57,263 nucleotides of DNA from positions 1 through 57,263 of the IMG/VR virus record IMGVR_UViG_3300034156_000030; one strand, written 5' to 3'. Position 1 is the first letter of the stretch. The number at the start of each line of letters is the position of its first letter. The DNA is from a virus. Lineage: Duplodnaviria > Caudoviricetes. Under the pieces are notes generated by a model. The model was not told the origin of the DNA and did no database searches. It saw only the letters and a program-made list of their open reading frames with translations. A program made the translations under genes and the position numbers. Of this stretch, positions 27,743 to 33,960 are shown one piece after another.

Positions 27743-28228
27743 ACTATAGACTGTGTTATTCTTGCGATCTTGTATGAATACCCATTTACCAATATCTTGA
27801 AAATTAAAAGTTTCATAATGTCTTTCTCCCACATATGTAACTATAAAGGTATATTCATCCATTTGTGTGATTTTACCAAATCTCATTTTACTACCATTAT
27901 GAGGTTTCACACTAACTGAATCTCCAATAGAACAGACAGCCACTGCAAAGTGCATAAGATTTAATACTTTATCTTTTTTCTTCTGTATCATTTCTTTAAT
28001 AGAAACTGAATCACAATCCGTTACATATACGTCTTGTTTATCGCATTCCTCTTTAACTAGTTCATAGACAGCCCTAACGTCTATAAATTCTTGTTGCATT
28101 TTATCAACACTAGAGGGCTCTCGATTCCATTTGTTATCTATTCCAAAGCGTATAGCTTTAGAAGCTTCTTTTTGTAACTCACTACACTCTTCCATTAAAC
28201 AAACTAATAAATATTCTACTTTAGTCAT
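27734..28228 (-). CDS. MazG-like NTP pyrophosphohydrolase with C-terminal SH3-like domain
   Basis: LMEECSELQKEASKAIRFG...EFIDV (EExxE...ExxD). Confidence 0.7.
   Translation of the reverse strand: MTKVEYLLVCLMEECSELQKEASKAIRFGIDNKWNREPSSVDKMQQEFIDVRAVYELVKEECDKQDVYVTDCDSVSIKEMIQKKKDKVLNLMHFAVAVCSIGDSVSVKPHNGSKMRFGKITQMDEYTFIVTYVGERHYETFNFQDIGKWVFIQDRKNNTVYSEE
27740..27767 (-). promoter_or_regulatory. Phage promoter motif, copy 6 (drives the tRNA-like RNA)
   Basis: TCGC AAGAATA AC ACAGTC TATAGT GAA, embedded in the 3' end of the MazG-like ORF. Confidence 0.72.
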
Positions 28229-28241
28229 GTTTTATTCTCCT

Positions 28242-28757
28242 TTAAAAACGATATTTAATAGTAAACTGTATTTCTGGTAAATCAATTATTTTTTGTTTTG
28301 ATATATGAAACCAATCCTTGTCACAAATATCGGGTGTTAAGCCATATTCAGGGTTACTTCTAATTTCTTTTAATTCACCAGAAAGTCTTGCTCTTAGTAA
28401 ATAAAACCAACACGGTTCAAACGCAAAACTTAATTTATCAGCCCAGCATAATTTACTAATATCCACATGTACTAATTTAGCATAAGACCTCGAATGACCT
28501 GCACATAATAAATATTCTTTGTGAGAGAATAACATACCTGCTATTTTGGCGCCTAATGCTGGATGATATTTACCTTCATCCATTCGTTCACCATCTAAAT
28601 TAGGTTTACCAAAATATCCCCAATCATGTATGAATATACATATAAGTTCTTTAAAGGATGGTCGTCCGTATAAATATAACCAAGCTCTGCAGACTACAAA
28701 TGGATGCCAGAATATTTGGTGTATTCCAAATAACAAACTTTTTGTACCAATTTTCAT
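28242..28757 (-). CDS. HD-domain phosphohydrolase-like protein
   Basis: H...IHDWG...HP..GA...H....ADK metal-ligand pattern. Confidence 0.65.
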   Translation of the reverse strand: MKIGTKSLLFGIHQIFWHPFVVCRAWLYLYGRPSFKELICIFIHDWGYFGKPNLDGERMDEGKYHPALGAKIAGMLFSHKEYLLCAGHSRSYAKLVHVDISKLCWADKLSFAFEPCWFYLLRARLSGELKEIRSNPEYGLTPDICDKDWFHISKQKIIDLPEIQFTIKYRF

Positions 28758-28775
28758 AATTATTTCTCCTTTCAA

Positions 28776-29012
28776 TTAACATTGCCAATTTAATAGCTCG
28801 ATATGAATATCTAACTTTGTTAAAAATATTAAATCTTTTTTAAATTTAGCCCATTTATTAGTCTTTCCATAAATGTTTATTTGCACATAATCATCAGTTA
28901 ACATAAAATATGATACTGAAAAATCATATGTTTTAGCTAAATTAATAATCTTTAAATAGTCTTCATTTTTTAATCTAGTTTTTATGTCTGATATAAATGT
29001 TTTCATAAACAT
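28776..29012 (-). CDS. Hypothetical protein
   Basis: 78 aa with GGAAGGA RBS. Confidence 0.55.
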   Translation of the reverse strand: MFMKTFISDIKTRLKNEDYLKIINLAKTYDFSVSYFMLTDDYVQINIYGKTNKWAKFKKDLIFLTKLDIHIELLNWQC

Positions 29013-29332
29013 ATCCTTCCTCTTATTAAATTACATTTATTTCTTTGGTTTACCAATAGTTAGACTAGTGTCAATATTAGTAGTAATACTAAATGCTATT
29101 TTGTTACTAATGGACAGTCCTATACAAATACCACCGATAATAGAACCTCCAATGATTATCATATTTACCATAATAATAGTTTTAATCATATATAAACCCC
29201 CTTATCCATAATAATTTCGTCTGTATATAATCTTTGCTTTATAACCGTTAATACGTAATAACCAATAAGTAAAACGTGCATCTTCTGATATTGAATATCC
29301 TTCTATTCCATAATCCCAAATTACAATCCACA

Positions 29333-29518
29333 TTATGTATTAGGTTTGATTTCTACGAACAATTTACAACAACATTGATTGTTTTCTCTCTTCTTTTTGC
29401 ATGGGCAAATAGTGTCTACTGACCACTCATGTGCCGGTACACATGGACATTGACCGTCTGTAATTCTTAATCGATCTTCTATTGCACTCACTATTTTCTT
29501 ATCTGGATTTAATTTCAT
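29333..29518 (-). CDS. Ferredoxin:thioredoxin reductase catalytic-subunit-like Fe-S protein
   Basis: CPC-x10-CPC-x8-CCC.LF matches the FTR CPC/CPC/CxC pattern; AGGAGG RBS. Confidence 0.8.
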   Translation of the reverse strand: MKLNPDKKIVSAIEDRLRITDGQCPCVPAHEWSVDTICPCKKKRENNQCCCKLFVEIKPNT

Positions 29519-29530
29519 TATATTTCCTCC

Positions 29531-29815
29531 TTAAAATTTTACTTTAATTAATTTCTCTGGATTTAATGCTGACCAATTTTCGTAAAGTTCTTTCAATTTT
29601 ATGTCAGGAAATTCTTGGTTACACCATTTCATTGTCTCTTCAAAACTGATTATCGCGCCTACTCTAACACCTTTCATAAATATTTTTTTACACATATAGA
29701 AAGTACCTAAAGTTAAAACCCCACAACCAGCCATTAATGCAATTATTTGTAACTCTCTTTTGTTTTTCTTTAAAAAATCAATTTTGTGATCTTTCATATT
29801 TATTACTTTTCCCAT
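29531..29815 (-). CDS. Single-TM membrane protein
   Basis: Start moved to MGKVIN after the GAAAGGG RBS. Confidence 0.6.
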   Translation of the reverse strand: MGKVINMKDHKIDFLKKNKRELQIIALMAGCGVLTLGTFYMCKKIFMKGVRVGAIISFEETMKWCNQEFPDIKLKELYENWSALNPEKLIKVKF

Positions 29816-29852
29816 TATAATCACCCTTTCAAAATATTTATATATTAGCGAC

Positions 29853-30005
29853 AAAAAAAGAATCCGTAATCGCATCGAACGATTTTGCTGCCCAACTAAT
29901 TGTTTGGCTACCTATGACAGTGCCAAGACAGTCCGTATTTGAGTTCTAGTGCTACCTAGTCTTTATTCTATGGACATTTACATTCCATACAACTCTATTC
30001 TTTTC
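29853..30005 (-). ncRNA. Candidate structured RNA C (~153 nt, multi-domain, with a T-arm-like hairpin)
   Basis: Follows a promoter motif; AAAAGAAU/AUUCUUUU end stem, three-way junction, second helical domain, AAUCG-UUCGAUG-CGAUU hairpin, U7 tract. Confidence 0.65.
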
Positions 30006-30030
30006 ATTATAGTAAATGTAATTTTCGCGA
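30003..30030 (-). promoter_or_regulatory. Phage promoter motif, copy 7
   Basis: TCGC GAAAATT AC ATTTAC TATAAT GAA. Confidence 0.78.
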
Positions 30031-30033
30031 GCC

Positions 30034-30054
30034 AAAGAAAGAGACTTATGTCTC
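30034..30054 (-). terminator. Intrinsic terminator with stop codon in the loop
   Basis: GAGAC ATAA GTCTC TTTCTTT. Confidence 0.7.
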
Positions 30055-30273
30055 ATTTTCTTTTGATTCTAATTTCTTTTTTAATACTTCATTTTCTTTT
30101 GATGTTTTTATTAATTCTTTTTTAAATGCCTCTGCAACGATAGCCCAGGTTACTTCACTTTCTTTAGATTTGTTATTGGTTTTACTTATTATAACACATC
30201 CTATGAAAACTCCAAGTCCTAGACCCACTAATGCAACATTTAAACTTAATTTTGATAATAATTTATCATTCAT
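30046..30273 (-). CDS. Small TM plus coiled-coil protein
   Basis: Own promoter, AGGAGG RBS and terminator. Confidence 0.7.
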   Translation of the reverse strand: MNDKLLSKLSLNVALVGLGLGVFIGCVIISKTNNKSKESEVTWAIVAEAFKKELIKTSKENEVLKKKLESKENET

Positions 30274-30300
30274 AAAATATCCTCCTAAAATTTATTTATC

Positions 30301-30328
30301 TTCATTATAAGCTAAGTTTTTTGTGCGA
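30301..30328 (-). promoter_or_regulatory. Phage promoter motif, copy 8
   Basis: TCGC ACAAAAA AC TTAGCT TATAAT GAA. Confidence 0.78.
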
Positions 30329-30347
30329 AAGAAGAAGCCTAAGCTTC
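30328..30347 (-). terminator. Intrinsic terminator with stop codon in the loop
   Basis: GAAGC TTAG GCTTC TTCTTT, abutting the next TCGC. Confidence 0.7.
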
Positions 30348-30512
30348 CACTACTTTTCTTTTTAATTTTTCCAGTTTCTTTTGTTGAACTTTTTGTTCTG
30401 TTTCTAAGAACTTGTTGTAAGCGTCAATACCATATTTACACGATGTGTTATTATAGCAATATCTGCATTTACTTCCATTAGTTTCTTTAAAACATATATC
30501 ATATTTTTCCAT
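30339..30512 (-). CDS. 57-aa Cys4 protein (not in the ORF track)
   Basis: MEKYDICFKETNGSKCRYCYNNTSCKYG...VVEA; own promoter, AGGAGG RBS and terminator. Confidence 0.7.
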   Translation of the reverse strand: MEKYDICFKETNGSKCRYCYNNTSCKYGIDAYNKFLETEQKVQQKKLEKLKRKVVEA

Positions 30513-30534
30513 ATAAAATTCCTCCTAAATTTAT

Positions 30535-30562
30535 TTCATTATAATATATGTTTTATATGCGA
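30535..30562 (-). promoter_or_regulatory. Phage promoter motif, copy 9
   Basis: TCGC ATATAAA AC ATATAT TATAAT GAA. Confidence 0.78.
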
Positions 30563-30636
30563 AATACATCAAATTAAGCCCTAAAAGACCCCTATTTTGA
30601 CCTAAAATAGACCAAATCAACGCTAAGGCCAATAGG

Positions 30637-30747
30637 AGCCATTTTAAGCGTTTTTACCCTTTACAGGTCATATTATATTACCTACTGATCAAAAGTGTCT
30701 TAGAATCAATCCTATGAGGTCGTTTTTTCTAAAAGTGCGAAAAAAAT
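30637..30747. repeat. 111-bp direct repeat, copy 2
   Basis: Matches 27218-27328 with 3 mismatches. Confidence 0.9.
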
Positions 30748-30760
30748 AAGATAAATAGAG

Positions 30761-30790
30761 AAAAAAGGAAAAGCGTGTTATTACACACGC
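30761..30790 (-). terminator. Intrinsic terminator with stop codon in the loop
   Basis: GCGTGT GTAATA ACACGC TTTTCCTTTTTT. Confidence 0.7.
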
Positions 30791-31065
30791 AATTTAAGTA
30801 ACGTACTCATAGCCTTAGTAGTGATTATATCTATTTGCTCATGTTTCAGTATTAAAACTGTCTGAACTATTGTTCCAACTATTAACATCACTGTATTAAG
30901 ATCTATACTTTTATCTTTCTGATAGCTATTCGCTTTCATTAGTATATCCAAATTTTGTGACATATTGTTGTATTCAACAGAATCAGGTTTTACCTCACTC
31001 ATGCTAGCTATTAAATTGCTAATTACTTTGTCTATTTTATTGTCTTTCTTAAATGGGTTTTTCAT
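30781..31065 (-). CDS. Conserved phage protein with C-terminal hydrophobic helix
   Basis: SVEY..M..NL..L...I..HEQ..IITTKA motif. Confidence 0.7.
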   Translation of the reverse strand: MKNPFKKDNKIDKVISNLIASMSEVKPDSVEYNNMSQNLDILMKANSYQKDKSIDLNTVMLIVGTIVQTVLILKHEQIDIITTKAMSTLLKLRV

Positions 31066-31093
31066 ATTCGCTCATCCTTTCTATTTTTTATTC

Positions 31094-31121
31094 TTCATTA
31101 AAGGATAAGTTTCTGACGCGA
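31094..31121 (-). promoter_or_regulatory. Phage promoter motif, copy 10
   Basis: TCGC GTCAGAA AC TTATCC TTTAAT GAA. Confidence 0.78.
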
Positions 31122-31140
31122 AAAAAGAAGCCTAAGCTTC
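31121..31140 (-). terminator. Intrinsic terminator with stop codon in the loop
   Basis: GAAGC TTAG GCTTC TTTTTT, abutting the next TCGC. Confidence 0.72.
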
Positions 31141-31311
31141 CTTGTGATTGAGTTTCTTTAAATTATCGTTCTCGATAAATACTTCATTTTCAAATTGTGC
31201 AATGTAGTACTGGTCAATTTCTTGAATTGTACGTATAGCCGCATTTAAAGATGCTACCGTATCATTTTTATTATTGGTCATTACTGCAACTACAGTTCTT
31301 TTTGTTTTCAT
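31132..31311 (-). CDS. Small hypothetical protein, first gene of the early region
   Basis: Start MKTKRT after AAAGGAG; own promoter and terminator. Confidence 0.65.
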   Translation of the reverse strand: MKTKRTVVAVMTNNKNDTVASLNAAIRTIQEIDQYYIAQFENEVFIENDNLKKLNHKEA

Positions 31312-31339
31312 ATAAATCGTCTCCTTTAATTTAATGTAT

Positions 31340-31367
31340 CTCACTAAAGGGCAAGTTTATTACGCGA
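31340..31367 (-). promoter_or_regulatory. Phage promoter motif, copy 11 (late/early boundary)
   Basis: TCGC GTAATAA AC TTGCCC TTTAGT GAG. Confidence 0.75.
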
Positions 31368-31399
31368 ACAGAAATCTCAATTTTCCCACCCGGGAATTT

Positions 31400-31747
31400 T
31401 TAAGAAAGCTTTGCGTCCTTATCAACTGCAAATACTACTCTATTTTTATCAGCCAAAGTACTCACATCATCTTTTACTTGTAATCTATAAATATCTTTAT
31501 TTGGGTCACTTGTATCTATTTGTAATGTGCCATGAGTGTCTGCCCCACTACTCTTATATGCAGACGAGCTTATTGCTAAGATTACATTTAAGAATATTGT
31601 CAATGCAGATATAGTACCTAATGTTTCCTGTCCATATGGTAGTCCCCAAATAGATGTCAATGTAAAATAAAAAGTGCCTGATGCTGGTAAAATATAAGCT
31701 ACAAACAATTTTAGAAAACTATAAACTTTATCATTAAATATCATCAT
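31400..31747 (-). CDS. Holin (Dp-1 family-like)
   Basis: N.KVY..LK.....LPA.GT.Y..L..IWGLPY.....GTI.A...FL...L.ISS..Y. Confidence 0.85.
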   Translation of the reverse strand: MMIFNDKVYSFLKLFVAYILPASGTFYFTLTSIWGLPYGQETLGTISALTIFLNVILAISSSAYKSSGADTHGTLQIDTSDPNKDIYRLQVKDDVSTLADKNRVVFAVDKDAKLS

Positions 31748-32048
31748 GACTACCCCTTATCGGTAATTTATTTACTTCGCGCATTATTCTATCTGCAGAA
31801 CCGTTACCACCCATTTGTTTATATGGTTTAAATAGATAATGATTTAAATTTTCGTATTCGTCTTCAGTAACCCAACCTTTTTCTATAAATTTTAATCCAA
31901 GTCGTATTATTCTATCATGACCTAAACCTATTAACATTAGTGTTTTAGCATCTTTATTTTGCATACGTTTTTGTAGGAATATCCAGAAACCAGAAGAGGC
32001 CATCGCTGATAACAATCCCGTAATAATAAGTTTAACAATATCATCCAT
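31734..32048 (-). CDS. Lysis-associated membrane protein
   Basis: N-terminal TM helix; GL.HDRI...G..T.DEYENL..YL..PY..MGGNG. Confidence 0.65.
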   Translation of the reverse strand: MDDIVKLIITGLLSAMASSGFWIFLQKRMQNKDAKTLMLIGLGHDRIIRLGLKFIEKGWVTEDEYENLNHYLFKPYKQMGGNGSADRIMREVNKLPIRGSHDDI

Positions 32049-32070
32049 AGGATCTACCTCCAGAATAACT

Positions 32071-33315
32071 TTACGTTAAGTGATATTCTAGTTCATAACT
32101 AACACTCATACCATATCCAGCTGGTCTTACAGGTGCATCGCCTGGTAGATGATACATACAGAATATTCCTGGAATCATAATATTAGCAGTGGCTGTATCT
32201 GTTTGAGCAAAGGCTAAAAAGAATGTGTCATAGGCATATCTTGATATTTGTAAATTAGAAGTAGATGAACCAGTCCCTAAATAACCAACTACTGTTTCCG
32301 TTAGCAAATCAAATATGTAACCAACACTATTCATACCAAATGCTAAAATGAAGTTGTCGTAGTTGATACATTTAACATTACTTGGATTTATGGCTCCTTT
32401 ATCATATCCAGTTGCAGGTGCCATCGTCATATCTACTCCAGCAATATTATTTACAAAATCGTATCTTGTCATTGTGGTAAATATTCTATATGCTTTCCCT
32501 CCATGAACATAGAAAGGACTTTGAAAGTTAACAAGATTTGAAGGGGACCATGTATTTACTACAGTAGTAAATGTAGCATCAGAGAATTCTCTCATACGTC
32601 TATTACCAGCTGTACCATGATATGTCCATACAAAGAAATGACCTGTATCTGGCTCAAATCCCAAATATGTAGAATATCCACCACCCGGATAAGTTATAGC
32701 TGCTGTATTTATAGTAATATCTGAACCACTATATAAGTCACATATTCTAACTATACCAAGAGTATCTATGTTATATATTTTAGTACCAACGGCTATACAT
32801 TGAGTTGATGGATTTGATGCGAAAGGTCCATAATTAGGTATCATACCCATGGGGAACAAATTTACTTCTGGTGATGAACCGAATTGATGACCCATAGCAA
32901 CTTTTTTAACCACACCCAATGCTTGATATGGGAAAAAATCATACACATGTTTTGAGTAATATCCGTACGTAGTTCTTAGAAAACGTGTACTTAATCCCGC
33001 ATTCCAACCACCCTTATAATTACCACTTGCTGTTGCTAGAGGCATACCATATCCTATTGGTGTACCAGTAATATAAGGAAAGCTATTATCTAATGTATCT
33101 TTACCACCTGCGCCAGCCAAATATAAAGTGGCTGCAGCATTATAACTTGTGTCGTAAAAATATCTGTTAAATAACATCTTCTCATATATATGATTATTAC
33201 CTTTTACTTGTTCTTTTATTTTACCAGTAATAGGATCTGTATAATCAATACAAACTCGACCTATTCCAGTATTAGTTAATATTTTGTCTTTTGGTAGTAT
33301 CGCAATCTCTTTCAT
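32071..33315 (-). CDS. Putative receptor-binding / baseplate protein
   Basis: Beta-rich and G/T/Y-rich; last gene of the tail module. Confidence 0.55.
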   Translation of the reverse strand: MKEIAILPKDKILTNTGIGRVCIDYTDPITGKIKEQVKGNNHIYEKMLFNRYFYDTSYNAAATLYLAGAGGKDTLDNSFPYITGTPIGYGMPLATASGNYKGGWNAGLSTRFLRTTYGYYSKHVYDFFPYQALGVVKKVAMGHQFGSSPEVNLFPMGMIPNYGPFASNPSTQCIAVGTKIYNIDTLGIVRICDLYSGSDITINTAAITYPGGGYSTYLGFEPDTGHFFVWTYHGTAGNRRMREFSDATFTTVVNTWSPSNLVNFQSPFYVHGGKAYRIFTTMTRYDFVNNIAGVDMTMAPATGYDKGAINPSNVKCINYDNFILAFGMNSVGYIFDLLTETVVGYLGTGSSTSNLQISRYAYDTFFLAFAQTDTATANIMIPGIFCMYHLPGDAPVRPAGYGMSVSYELEYHLT

Positions 33316-33327
33316 ATATTAACCTCC

Positions 33328-33960
33328 TTATGGATTATAAGTTACAGTAACATTCTCAATACCACTCAGATGAGTAAATACATCATTAACTATTGATGCA
33401 CCACCATAAGCTAATTCAGAGATTACAATAGATGTATCAAATTGTGTGTATGATAATGACACACTATAAGCATTACCTGTAAATGATGGTATAATGCCCA
33501 TATTAAATGTTGTGGATTCAAATATATATGCTTGTTTGATGTAGGAACTCAATCCAGCAACAAAGAAAGATACTGAGAATACTGGTAATTTAGCACCAGA
33601 TGCCAACTTAAGTAATGTTTCTGATTTATTGATGACTGTTATTCCAAATACCTGAGTTGAAATATCGACATATATCTTGTATGTGATACCATCTACAGAC
33701 TCTACTGCAGTTGGGGTTAAATAGGCATTATTACTGGTTATAATTATGCTTTCTCTAAACATCCCAAGACTAAACGATTGTACTGCTTGTTGGAAGTTGA
33801 TATAGAAGAAAGAATATACCCCAGAGTCATTATAAACTGTGGGAGTATAAACTATCACGTTTGTTTTGGCATTGATTAATCCTTTAGTTGCCATACCACA
33901 TAAGAAACCATTTTGAAATTCAATTTCTGCTGCACTCATGGCATAACCTCCTCGTGCCAA
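33328..33960 (-). CDS. Putative minor tail protein
   Basis: Follows Tal; F.NGF.CG.A.KG N-terminus; beta-rich. Confidence 0.5.
   Translation of the reverse strand: MARGGYAMSAAEIEFQNGFLCGMATKGLINAKTNVIVYTPTVYNDSGVYSFFYINFQQAVQSFSLGMFRESIIITSNNAYLTPTAVESVDGITYKIYVDISTQVFGITVINKSETLLKLASGAKLPVFSVSFFVAGLSSYIKQAYIFESTTFNMGIIPSFTGNAYSVSLSYTQFDTSIVISELAYGGASIVNDVFTHLSGIENVTVTYNP

Noticed and set aside
26346-28757. 2-aminoadenine (Z) genome pathway suggested by the HD, MazG-like and DUF5664-like genes
   Set aside because: No PurZ/PurA-like gene is recognisable anywhere in the window.
14864-30005. c-di-GMP riboswitch identity for the small RNAs, given the GGDEF gene
   Set aside because: I could not match class I (GEMM) or class II consensus features by eye; an Infernal search against the Rfam c-di-GMP models would settle it.
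27218-30747. Diversity-generating retroelement TR/VR pair
   Set aside because: No reverse transcriptase is present, both copies are non-coding, and there are only three mismatches.
29853-31367. Repeated 28-bp motifs read as a CRISPR array
   Set aside because: The copies are degenerate, irregularly spaced and separated by whole genes; there is no cas operon. ORF 3001..3555 is a stand-alone phage nuclease.
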